A stretch of DNA of 64,000 nucleotides, taken from positions 186,001-250,000 of the forward strand of contig NIVC01000907.1 in the NCBI GenBank assembly GCA_002269645.1, read 5' to 3'. Under the pieces are notes generated by a model that was not told the origin of the DNA, ran no database searches, and saw only the letters and a list, made by a program, of their open reading frames with translations. The first letter of the stretch is position 1, and every line of letters starts with the position of its first letter. The translations under genes and the position numbers were made by a program. This DNA comes from Macrostomum lignano. Taxonomy: Eukaryota. This document shows positions 43,862 through 56,500 of the stretch, in pieces.

Positions 43862-45689
43862 GGTGAGTCTTTCAACTAGTTGGAGTGCAAGCATTCGCAT
43901 TTCAAATGTCATAAAAGTCAGTCTTTCGACTTAGTCAATCTGAATTTTGAATTAAGAATAGGCTAGATTAAATTTGAGTTAATGACTTCAGCAATTGGTA
44001 TTCTATCGTAGTTTATAGCCAAGACTGAAATTTTTGTTTTATTTCGGTCCCAGGCCGATACGCGCCCCACCTTCGAACTTTTCTCTCCATTCTGACCAGG
44101 TTGATGAGGCGCTGGCTTGTGTCGATGGCATAAAACACATTATAATATACAATAATAGCAACTAATAACGCATTGAAACTCCCCGCTGTCCAGAGCTACT
44201 AAATCTCGAAGCGCATATCTGAAAGATAATTCAAGCAACCCACCCCCCTCTCGTAGCTGACGCACCCCCTCATTGCAACCTAAAATTATTATTATTTTGA
44301 AATTAAATCTTCAAAACTCGCCGCAACTTGGAGTCGCTGAAAATCGGGCGGTGCAGCCAGAGACTGGCGGTCGCGGATCAGCGCCTCCCTCCTCCCCCTT
44401 CGAGGCCTTCTGGCGAGCAGCAGCGTGGAAGTAAATAAAATTTTGCTCCGTATTTGTTTTTCTGTTTGCTTTTCCGTGTTTGAAATATTTCTTAAAATTT
44501 AGCAAGCATCAATTTCCGTACGCCGCCTTCACTTCGCTAATATCGTTTATTTATTTATTGAATTATATTGTTTTACTATCGCAGTGTTTATAATTTATTG
44601 TAATTATTAATAGAATCGCATCGCACACTCGCCACGCAAATGCCCCGCATTCCCCCTGTCTCTACTGTTTCATTGGCTATTCAGCATGTTTTATCAATAG
44701 CATTCACTGAACCAATCATCGCCCTCGTACTTTTTTTCTACTTCAAACAATGTATAATTTTATAGTATAAAGTATAAAATGGGGTGTTATACAATCCAAT
44801 TATTAATTAATATCGCAGCATAATTATTTGTAGAAGGATTAATCACCATATTCCATTGTTTTAGTATTAAGGAAATTATTGTACCAATTAAAAATTGGCT
44901 GCATTCAATTCATAAAAAATTATTAACATTAGATTTATGAAATAGCTGGCGTGCAATGGGCCCTGTTGTGACAGCGGTAAGTTAAGCTTTTATTTCTAAT
45001 ATTATTCTATTAATATAAAAATAATTGCTCAACTCGCCACAAAAGAAATTAAATGAATAATTTTATAATGAAATCGTTTACATAAAAAACGCACCACGCC
45101 ATTCGCATGTACACTGAAAGGATCGTTAATTGCAAATCATCTCTTACAGAATTTCAACAACTTTAACAAATTTATTACCTGAGTTTACATTGAATCGTAT
45201 ATCAACCTATTAGAGATAAATTTTATCCATGGGGCATAATTATTATGCAAATGTGCAGCAGCCATCGAAGGATGTCAATATGCGTGAGTTTTTCTTAGTT
45301 ATTCTTAAGTCGTATCTAAATAAAATTCTCACTGACATAATTCAGTTGCTTTGCCAATATAAAATAGTTAAGCAAAAATTTTCATCTAAACATATAGTAT
45401 TGCTTAAGTGTTGAATTGATTTACGTAGTTTGAAAATAACTTTAATATAGCATGATAATATATATAAATACATTCTATATTATAAGTTCATTTTTTAATA
45501 TAAGTATTGAACATCGTTAGTTGTCTCAGCAGTGTAACTTTTTCTTTGGGCCCGTGTATCGTAATATTCTTAATATACTACTTCTTCTTTAGAAGCTAAG
45601 TTTTAATTCTTTTTCTCAAGCGTGAGTAAACGTTGTGCAGCATTGAATTCATATGTAATTTTTTTTCTAAACACGCTTTATAGCTAGAT

Positions 45690-45960
45690 TAAAAACTGGC
45701 GGCTATAGACGCCTAGACTAAAGTGTAAGGCAGTCTTATTGGAGAATTAACAGTTACCATAAATTTGAAGACACCCAGCCCTCTTTGCGTATGTACTCGA
45801 AAATGTTTATTTTAAACTTGTATTAATAAACGAAATGTTCGATAAACTGTGTTGTAGTTACAAGTTAAAACTTTTCTAAAGCATTAGCAACGTCTTTAGG
45901 TCTAATACTACGCATTCTGGTAGAAAATTGTTATAACATTGGAGGGTTTTTGCTGTTTAA
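45690..45960 (-). pseudogene. Possible highly decayed APE endonuclease fragment of a CR1/L2-type LINE
   Basis: The minus strand reads IFYQNA(x)SIRPK near 45930 and LGVY(R)PP near 45705, each needing an indel. Spacing is shorter than usual for this domain. Confidence 0.3.
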
Positions 45961-46545
45961 TATGATATATCTGTTTTCTCTAGTATTTTTGTTCCCTCCG
46001 ATGCACAGTTAACTCATATTTTTATATTATAAAATTAAAAATATCAAACCTCTTTCTTTGACAAAAGTTTTAAAGTTCAATTAAGCTTATTTATCTATTG
46101 CCTCAATTCGTGCATGTTCAAGTAAAATAAAAAAAATGTAACTTGCAAAGAAAATTTGCGATACATTAGCGCGTACATTTACCAACTTTGTGTTTGTGAA
46201 TTGTTGCTGATTAAAATACAAATGATCTTACTTGTATTCTTGTGCTTGCAGCCTGCTGTTTAACTAAATAAGTAACTTTTTTGTTTGTTTTTTGATAGTG
46301 TACTTTGTTTAAAATACAAGAATAGCGATATTGATTAGCTTTTCGCATGACAAATTGATCGCATTCAGCTACATGTACGAGTAGTTATAATACACTATTA
46401 AACAAATGCGAACTTAGGATGTGAACTTAAGCGCGATTTGGAAGCCGTGAGTCCAGCCACCAAACCGCTGCGAAATTCTCCCTATTCAGACCCAAAAAGA
46501 CAAGAAAAGCGTAATTGATCTTTCTTCCACCCCGGCCGCTTCTGC

Positions 46546-46843
46546 ATGGGATAAATGGGGAAAAATGGGGATTTCATGTGAACTTAAGGCTCTAAAATGG
46601 AAGCGGTGGCCGATTGAGCCGGTTTCTCTATCGGATCTCTCTACTGGACCGACAATGAGACAAGAATCGTTAAAAACCGCATCTCTCTATCATTTGGTCT
46701 CCCTGAATGGGATAAATGGGAAAAATGTGGATTTCATGTTAACTTAAGGCTCTGGAATGGAAGCGGTGGCCGATTGAGCCGGTTTCTCTATCGGATCTCT
46801 CTACTGGACCGACAATGAGACAAGAATCGTTAAAAACCGTATC
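46546..46843. repeat. 161-bp tandem duplication (1.85 copies)
   Basis: ATGGGATAAATGGG..AACTTAAGGCTCT..GAATCGTTAAAAACCG at 46546 and 46707, nearly identical. Confidence 0.9.
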
Positions 46844-47448
46844 CCTTTTGTGTTGATGATTTTTACGGGCCATACTTGGAGTACTGATGGGATTCTACAT
46901 TAGTAGGCAAGATAGGCTGACAGAGATGCCGAGGGTGCTGTGCCTTTGTAATCATATGCCTAAATCTTATGGACCTAATATTGAAATCCTCATTAATCGA
47001 GGCAGCCTCTATATCCCGCACCCATATGTGCACAGGTTCTTGGCTAGCCAATATCATTTTATAATGAGTGTTCTTCACTTTTTATTGCCCTGACACCTTG
47101 AACTTTTTTTTTGCTGGGCAACGAGCATTTAATTATTGATTACGCAATCTGAATCCCGCACCCATATGTGCACTGCATGTACATTTGCATGGCCGACGCT
47201 AAGTGTGTTAATAATGCTGCGCTTATCAGTATAAAAGTGTTGAAGTATTTGGGCAGAAATGTATTTTATATGTCAAAAACGCTTGTCAGTAGCCTTCAAG
47301 TCAGCATGCTGGACTCTAAAGTGCGTGACCATTAGCCATTTATATTTCGAAATCTATGCGTGCAATAATTTGGTGATGCACATTTTCTGATCGACTCTTG
47401 CGGCTCATTGTTTCCTTCACTTTTCAATCTGTGTAACTTAGCTTTGTC

Positions 47449-47703
47449 ATGGACTGGGCATGCCATCGATGTGGTAAACAGTTCAGCACTGAATTCAACC
47501 TCAAGAAACATCAGCAGACAACCAGGTGTTCGGTTTTAAAGGAAGCGACTTTCTTTGGCTCCTGCAAGTCATTCGCAGATGTGAGAGATGCGCTGCAGCG
47601 TTCTCCAACCAAGGTTAAAAAGTTTTTAAACCCGAATATTTTTCCTGAACTTTTGGCTGACAAGCGCTTTGAGAAAGTCGTTGGAATGTCTCGAGAGAAC
47701 TAG
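47449..47703 (+). CDS. Small ORF (84 aa) with one C2H2/C2HC-like zinc finger; may be a gene fragment or TE-derived
   Basis: CHRCGKQFSTEFNLKKHQQTTRC fits C-x2-C-x3-F-x5-L-x2-H-x5-C. TATAAAAG lies at ~47231. No further exons were found. Confidence 0.4.
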   Translation: MDWACHRCGKQFSTEFNLKKHQQTTRCSVLKEATFFGSCKSFADVRDALQRSPTKVKKFLNPNIFPELLADKRFEKVVGMSREN

Positions 47704-48363
47704 CAACCAACTATATTAATGTTTGCTTCAAATACTAATTGTACATGAATGTACTCTATTTTATGTTTGACTCTATCTTAAATTCCTAACTATTAAAAAG
47801 TTTTTGTTTAAGTATGGGCTCAGATTTCAGAATACATGCAAAAATAGTTCCGGGGATTGGAATTCCCGGGTTCAAATTCCGCAGGTTTCAACAGCTTGTA
47901 ATTTATATTACATACCCTATTAAATGGTTCGAAGCTAGCTCATCTAAAAGATCTGCTACAATAAATTGATCAAAAGTGGCTTGAATGCTACCTTGCTATG
48001 GTACATAAATTCAATACAACTGTCGTAGTCCTTAATTCTTGCGATATTTAAACTTGTCTAAACAAGATGGTCGGAAACCTCAAGTAAACGTAATTTGCAC
48101 CAACAATGAGTAAAACAAACTTCGTGTAAAGACTTATTTTACTAATTGTTTGTGCTAAATATAAGACAAACTTAAAAAAATTAGCATATGAAGGTGCTAT
48201 TTAAATTTGTTTAAAGCAATAAAATTATACCATATCTACTTGAGATTAAAACCTTGTCACGTTCCAAGAAGTATCTCGAATACGCATTCTGATTAAGTCC
48301 TGTTACCACGGCATAACTGTTTAAAGAAATGCAAAAATCAGTAATTTTCTGTTTGAATAAATG

Positions 48364-48470
48364 ATTGGTATGCATCTACCAATAGATGATATTGGTAGAT
48401 GCATACCAATATCAATTTTTTTAGCTGCAATGATAATTGACCTTTATTGTGGTTGCAACAATAAAGGACG
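48364..48470. other. Two adjacent DNA palindromes/hairpins
   Basis: ATTGGTATGCATCTACCAAT (48364-48383) is perfectly inverted at 48391-48410. It is followed by CCTTTATTGT..ACAATAAAGG. Confidence 0.8.
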
Positions 48471-48839
48471 TTTTTTAGTAGTTGCTAGTTGCAGATGTGC
48501 AAAACAAACAAATATATATATATAGAAAAAACTTGCAACTTGTTATGTTTAAAATGCACTACAAAAAACTAAGCCTTCGACTATTTTAGAACTATTTTAG
48601 CATGCAAATATACTGTTTCTTTTTGACATAAATTATAAAAATTACTTGGCATTTTGCAAAAAAAATAAGTACAAATTCATTTCTTTACAATGCTATGTCT
48701 TTTCATAAACTTTTGTCTTAATAAGACATGCCCCACTATCACGCCATGCCACATTCTATGCTATTAAATCTGCTATTTCATGTCATAGCATGCCAATACA
48801 CTACCTTTGGCATGTAATACCCAAATACATACCCATGTA

Positions 48840-49374
48840 CCATAGTCACTAAGGTGTCCTTTTTGTATCAGGTACACAGGAACTAATTCTGGGCAAAATT
48901 AAGCCTATACACCAATGTACGCCAATTTTTTTAGTTTCATTTCAAACATTACGCTGTATGCTGAAGTCCTTTTTCCGTATCATTTTTGATACGGAAAAAA
49001 ATTGAAAACAGAAACAAATAAAACAATTCTTTTTTCACAAAAGTGCAAAATAACAATCTTTAGAAATAGTTTTCCATTATCTGCTTACTTTTTATTATTC
49101 TTTAATTTTTTCAATGGCCATAAATCAGTAGACATATGATACAACACAAATAAGATTGAATATGATTTGTAAAAAAGGTCACAGTGCTTGCTTATATACG
49201 TGGACAGTGGTTATGATGCTGCCAGTAAAATTGGTACGCCAATTTTGTCGTTCTGTTGTGTGTGTACGCAGATACGCCAGTTTTCTGAAGATCTGTATGT
49301 CAAAACTGATTCTAATGGCCAAGTGTAGGCCTACACGGGAATATTCCTGCGTACAGACACCTTCTTGACTATGG
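48840..49374. mobile_element. 535-bp non-autonomous TIR element with 8-bp TSD
   Basis: TIR CCATAGTCA(CT/AG)AAGGTGTC at both ends. The TSD CCCATGTA is at 48832-48839 and 49375-49382. Superfamily is unassigned. Confidence 0.82.
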
Positions 49375-49609
49375 CCCATGTATGCCACAATTTTTAGGTC
49401 AAACCAAATGTATGCCAGAATTTTCTAGCATGATATATGCCTTCTAGAGTATAGCAACAGCAATAATTAGTAATTCTTTAACCCTAACCTTGGTCTTAGA
49501 GCTTATGCTTTAGTTTCTGTCTTATTAGGCCTGGCCTAGGCCTAGGCCTAGGGGCCTATCTTTAATTGTTTTTCTAAGATATTAGGCCTATATATTTAGT
49601 TTAGGACCA

Positions 49610-50101
49610 TTGCTTGGATCATGCTAGATGCACATTTGAATGAAAATTGAATTGTTATAAATGCATGCTAAAAAATAAGTGTATACCCATACTCTCAAAT
49701 CTAAGCTAGGCCCTTAGTATTGTAACAATGAATGCTGTTTTGCATTACAATAGTAAATGACTTTTTTTCATTGTGTAAAAGACCTTTTTTGGTAAATAAT
49801 TTGGTTGACTTTATATCTTTCTTATATACACTATTTATAATAGAAAATATATTTAAACATTTGTTTAAATGCTTAATTGAGTTTAAAACTGGATAGCTTG
49901 AAATTTATACTTAAAAATGAACTTTCAACTGTTTTTCTACTTAATACTTATTTTTGCACATGATTCTATGAAGTGCATACCAGATATGCACATACATTAT
50001 TTTTTTAGGAGTCATGTATACTTAGTATACATGTCTAACTTTTGGCATACAAGGCTAATAGATGCCTGAATTTTTGGGTATATATTACATGATCCAGAGT
50101 G
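49610..50101. mobile_element. ~490-bp MITE-like element, copy 2 (family of 27204-27678)
   Basis: Ends GGATCATG / CATGATCCAGAGTG; internal blocks are colinear with copy 1. Confidence 0.7.
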
Positions 50102-50545
50102 TGGGTTCAGGGCCATGCTAGTTTAAAGCTTATAAAAATATTTTACAATATTTAGTTATTGTGATGTTGCAGTCAATATATTATTTTTTTAATTATTATT
50201 ATAATATTAGGCCCTAGTAGACCCTACTGATATTTTAAAAAATTGTAAAAAATAATACCATTTAAATAACACCTAGAGTCCAACCTAAATATAAGATCAA
50301 AAATAAAATTGATATCATGACATGAAATTATATAGAAGTCATATTTGCAATAAAGTGTATTAGATGATATAGAGTATAATATGCTCAGAACAACATAGCA
50401 AACTTATTTCTATATACATGTATAAAGATGGCTATTTATTTATTGTGATTTCAGTCCAACATAAAAGGTACAGAAGATGCATGGTTCATTTCTGCCCTAT
50501 TATATACTCTGCTAGTAGACCTATACCTATCAATTTGTGTGCACT

Positions 50546-53500
50546 ATGAGTCAATCAAGAGTTCCACAGTGCTCACCAAGAAGAGTTGCTGAGCAAACCA
50601 GCACTGAACCTGCATCATCCTCTGCTCAGGGTGACTTTGCTTCTGATGGTAAGCTTATGGTGTAATCTTTGTAACAGTAATGCCAATAAAGCTGGGGGCT
50701 ATTGTTTTTTTATTAGTGTTGATATACACTGAAGTAGTCCAAGTACTTGGAAAAGCATAATTTAGTTAAACTGAATGGCTAATAAAAATTTAAAGTATAT
50801 TTTGAAATTTTTATCAATCAAAGTCTAGTATCCTAACCTGTTCGAAATTTTGAAATATCGTCATGTAGTCTCAAAGTTCTTGTCTAATAGACATCACTCA
50901 AAAATGGTTTGGAATCTAACCAAGCTTACATTTGTAGCTTTTTTGACTATAGGCATCAGCTACAAGACAGTAAAATGAGTTACAGTTGAAACATCTGTAT
51001 AATTATTTTTTGACTGTGGGACAAATGGGTGCAATCGAATTAATGTTTCTACATGATGTTCTGCTTTTTTGTGCTAAAATTTACAGAAATATAGAAAATA
51101 TATAGAAAAAAAACTTTGTGTATTCCGAGTCGGACTCTACTCTCTACCTTGGAGTAAAACTCATGCACCATTTTCCTCACACGAAATCTGTTCTAAACTA
51201 ATTCTAGAAAGCGACCAAGAGACGCCCACAAGCGCTGCGATGCAAGAACAGCAGCAGAAGTTATCAGCTGGTGTTGGTGTTCGCTACATCACCGATGCTC
51301 TGGTGCTTCGGGTTGCCAGGCGGCAGGATCCGGTCACCGTGACCGCCGTTAACCTGTCTGGCAGGAGTGACGAGCGCAAGATTCGGGTGCGTTTTGGTTT
51401 TTTTATTCTGAGCAGCTACATGAACGGATAAGCTAACCTAGATAGATAGATCGATGGGCATGTAGATAGATAAGTCAACATGTAGACAGGTAGATAATAA
51501 TACAGATAGATGGATTGGTAGGCAGACAGACAGGAAGATAGATGAGAAGGAATGTAGATAGTTGTGTAGGCTTCTAGATAGATGGGTAGGCATGAAGATA
51601 GATGGGTAGGCATGCAGATAGATGGGTAGGCATGAAGATAGATGGGTAGGCATGCAGATAGATGGGTAGGCATGAAGATAGATGGGTAGGCATGCAGATA
51701 GATAGGTAGGCATGCAGATAGATAGGTAGGCATTCAGATAGATAGGTAGGCATGCAGATAGATAGGTAGGCATGCAGATAGATAGGTAGGCATGCAGATA
51801 GATAGGTAGGCATGCAGATGGATAGGTAGGCATGTAGAAGGATAAGTAGGCATGCAGATAGATGGGTAGGCATGCAGATAGATAGGTAGGCATGCAGATA
51901 GATAGGTAGGCATGCAGATAGATAGGTAGGCATGCAGATAGATAGGTAGGCATGCAGATAGATAGGTAGGCATGCAGATAGATAGGTAGGCATGCAGATG
52001 GATAGGTAGGCATGCAGAAGGATAAGTAGGCATGCAGATAGATGGGTAGGCATGCAGATAGATAGGTAGGCATGCAGATGGATATTTATCTACATGGGTA
52101 GGAATGTAAACAAGATGGATAGGCAGACAGACAGTTAACCTACTAGGCATATGGATGGCTTGTATATACCCGCAGTTTATCGAGAATCTGGACAGGCTGA
52201 AAAATCTTCAATCGTTAAACCTGAGCTACAACATCATTGAGAAGATGGAGCACCTGGAGAAGCTGACCCGTTTGCGCGAGTTGAACCTGTCTCACAATCG
52301 CATCGCTCGAATTGACTGTTTGGAATCGCTGACCCAGCTGCAGGTGCTGAACCTGTCGGGAAATCTGATTGGCAGCCTGCCAGCCGCTCTGGGACGCCGG
52401 CTCAAGTGCCTGCGGACTCTGCTGCTGAGCGACAACCAGATTGACTCTGTGAGTGCCGCTTCTGAACATTATTAGGATTTCAATTCAACTTGTGGAGCAA
52501 TTTCTGAATTATGTTAGAGAATTTCGTCTCTATAAGATTCGGGCAGTTGTAGGTAAGAATTCCAGCTCCAGGTGCCAGTGCAAATTCATGATGCCATGAT
52601 AAACGATGAAAGTATCTGAACCGCTCTCGACTTGTCTTGAGGCTAAAATATGACCGACAATCATTTTTACTGATTGGAAACTATGCGCTTATTAGATGAC
52701 GAGGCATTTGTCCTTGTAACTACAGCCATATTACTCCTGCAGTTTACCCTAAACTAAAACTTGGCCCGCAGCTGTCGGAAACCGCCAAGCTGCGCCCGTT
52801 GGCCAACCTGGACACCCTGAGCCTGGCTGGCAACCCCCTCAGCAGCTTGGAGCACAGCCGGCCCTACATCCTGTTTTGCCTGCCTGGCCTCGCTCAGCTC
52901 GACGGCCGCCCAGTGTCGCCGGCCGAACGTGCCGACGCCGACGCCAGGTTCCGACAGGACGAGGCCGACCGGCTTCGGGCTCAACTAGAAGAGGCCGAGT
53001 TCTCAGCTGACGAGCTCCGAGCTCAGCTGCTCACCTACGAGGAAGAGGTTGGCGCGCTGAGCGAACAGGTCGACGCGGCTTTGGAGCAGCAAGCTGAGGG
53101 GGAGCAGGAGCGGGAGGAGCTGCTGCAGCAGCTGCGGCTCAAGGATGGCCTGGTGCGTTTTAATTGCACTTTGGGACTCGAGGGTAGCAGCGGCCTGTAC
53201 TGTAGAACCCGAGGGTAGCAGCGGCCCGCACTGTAGAACCCGAGGGTAGCAGCGGCCTGTACTGTAGGACCCGAGGATAGCAGCGGCTCGCACTGTAGGA
53301 CCCGAGGGTAGCAGCGGCCCGCACTGTAGGACCCGAGGGTAGCAGCGGCCCGCACTGTAGGACCCGAGGGTAGCAGCGGCCCGCACTGTAGGACCCGAGG
53401 TTAACAGCGGCCCGCACTGTAGGACCCGAGGATAGCAGCGGCCCGCACTGTAGGACCCGAGGGTAGCAGCGGCCCGCACTGTAGGACCCGAGGATAGCAG

Positions 53501-56500
53501 CGGCCCGCACTGTAGGACCCGAGGGTAGCAGCGGCCCGCACTGTAGGACCCGAGGATAGCAGCGGCCCGCACTGTAGGACCCGAGGATAGCAGCGGCCCG
53601 CACTGTAGGACCCGAGGGTAGCAGCGGCCCGCACTGTAGGACCAAGCCCGCCTGTCTGCCGCAGGTCTGTATGCACACATTTTGTTCTCAAGACTAATAA
53701 TGATGAAGAAAATCGCGATATCTGCAAATCGCACGCTCGCACGACGGGCAAACGCAGTTTTGGTTTTGGCGTTATTGTTTAATAAAAATATTTAAACTAT
53801 TTATGTTTATTGTTTATTGTTTATCTTTATTTGCTTGAACTCCGCTTTGCCCATCCTGCAGATTATCAGTGCTTTTTGTGAAGACGGAACAGAAACCTGA
53901 ATCTATTTTCAAACTAATTTTTCATTCATAGTTTTGTTTTTCCCTCCCACCAGTCTTATTGAATTTCTTCTTGGTCTTCTGCTTCAGCTGCAAAAGAAGA
54001 CAGAAGAATTGGCCAAGGCGTCCAGAAAGCATTACGAACTGGAGCAGGAGCTGGTCTTTTACAAGATGGACGAGAAATTCGGTGCCCTAGGAAAGCCGCC
54101 AGGGTCTTCGGTTGAATCGGTGAGTGCCTGGTGTGGCATTGCTGTGCCTGATGTGGCATTGCTGTGCCTGATGTGGCATTGCTGTGCCTTATGTGGCATT
54201 GCTGTGCCTTATGTGGCATTGCTGTGCCTGATGTGGCATTGCTGTGCCTGATGTGGCATTGCTGTGCCTGATGTGGCATTGATGTGCCTGATGTGACATT
54301 GATGTGCCTGGTGTGGCATTGCTGTGCCTGATGTGACATTGATGTGCCTGATGTGGCATTGCTGTGCCTTATGTGGCATTGCTGTGCCTGATGTGGCATT
54401 GCTGTGCCTGATGTGACATTGATGTGCCTGATGTGACATTGATGTGCCTGATGTGGCATTGCTGTGCCTGATGTGGCATTGCTGTGCCTGATGTGGCATT
54501 GATGTGCCTGATGTGACATTGATGTGCCTGGTGTGGCATTGCTGTGCCTGATGTGACATTGATGTGCCTGATGTGGCATTGCTGTGCCTGATGTGGCATT
54601 GCTGTGCCTTATGTGGCATTGCTGTGCCTGATGTGGCATTGCTGTGCCTGGTGTGGCATTGTTGTGCCTGATGTGGCACTGATGAGACATGATGTGCTCG
54701 GTGTGGCACTGAAGGGCCTAATGCGACACTCTCTTATCCTCGCGCCATTCAGGACGACGCCGCAGAGACTGGAGCAGGCGCCACCGGCGAGAGCCCCTAC
54801 GTAGGCAAGGCGCGGTACATCGCTGCGGCGGCGGCTGCTGCTGCAACAGTGGCGTCCGTGCGGTTCAGCCCGCCCCGACTGGCGGCCAGCCAGCACGAGC
54901 TGTCGACACCCGCCGGACTGGGCGGCGACGAACTGCTGCAGCCGGCGCGCAGTCCGCTGGCTGCCTCGCCGCAGCTCCTGGACTATCGGCAGCGAGTGCT
55001 GGGCGCGCTGGACCGCCGGCTGGCTCAGCGTCGGGACCAGCTGGACCGGGCCGACGCGACCCTGGCGGTGCTGCGCGAGGACGCGGCGGCGGCGGAGGCC
55101 CGGCTGAGGGCAGCCCGGCAGGCCGAGGCGGAGGCGGCCGGCTCGCAGCGGCAGTTGCGCGCACAGCTGGACGCGTCGGAGCGGCAGTGCCGCCGCCTCG
55201 GCGAGGAGCTGGCCAGGGAGCGGGCGCAGTCAACTGAGGACAAGCGGCTGGCGCTCACCGGCCAGGAGATCCGTCAGCTGGGCAGGTGGGTGGCTGATGC
55301 TTGGGTAGATTGACGGGCTGGTGAGTGATTGATGCGTTTATGGGTGAGATGGGTTGATTGATTGATTGGTTGATAGGTTGATGGGTTGATGATTGATCCA
55401 TGGGTTGGTTGATTGATAGGTTGATGGGTTGATGATTGATCCATGGGTTGATTGATTGATTGATAGGTTGATGGGTTGATGATTGATCCATGGGTTGATT
55501 GATTGATTGATAGGTTGTTGGGTCGATGATTGATCCATGGGTTGATTGATTGATTGATAGGTTGATGGGTTGATGATTGATCCATGGGTTGGTTGATTGA
55601 TTGATAGGTTGATGGGTTGATGATTGATCCATGGGTTGGTTGATTGATAGGTTGATGGGTTGATGATTGATCCATGGGTTGATTGATTGATTGATAGGTT
55701 GATGGGTTGATGATTGATCCTTGGGTTGATTGATTGATTGATAGGTTGATAGGTTGATGATTGAGACAGATAAGATGCATACACAGGTGGATGGATGAAC
55801 AGGTGTTTCAAATTGAAATCCAGCAGTTCCCAATGATGTTTTATTAATAACAACGATAAAAGTATCCGATTATTCATGATAGCCATTGATTTATGTTTCT
55901 GAATTAACTTACCGCTAGATTTGCATTTGATTTCACTTGTTGCTATGCCAGGCTGAGCTGTAGGTTGCCCCCCCCATTCCATGCTCTCCAGGCAGCTTGA
56001 GCAGCGCCAGAACGAGTGCGCCAGCCTTCGCCGCGCTCTCGCCGACGAATCGGCCAGCCGGGCCGCGGCCGAGCAGCGGGCGGCTCAGCTGGAATCGGCG
56101 GCGGCGGCTGAGGCGCCTGCGGCTGCCGCTGATGCCGCGGCCGAGATTGACAGGCGGCTGCGGGACTGGCTGGCTGAGGGCGGAGACTCAGCAGCCGAAG
56201 GCGATGGCGACGTTCGTGACGAGGCTGCGGTGAGTTCGACTTGATCTTTAGACTGGAGAACTTTGCTTTCTTTTCGAATTTCTCTGTAGTCTCTCCTTTT
56301 CTGCCGCAACTGCCCGAACTGCTGTGTCCCTAGTAGCTGGCATCAGCTCTCACTCTGGTATGGAATATATAATATATTTCAATGCATGTCTATAGTAGCT
56401 AGTATGCTACACTTCATGTTCCCTCTCCTCTCTCACCCGCTCCTCTTTCACCCAATCCCATCTCACCCACTCCTCTCACCCACTTCTGGTGACAGATAGA

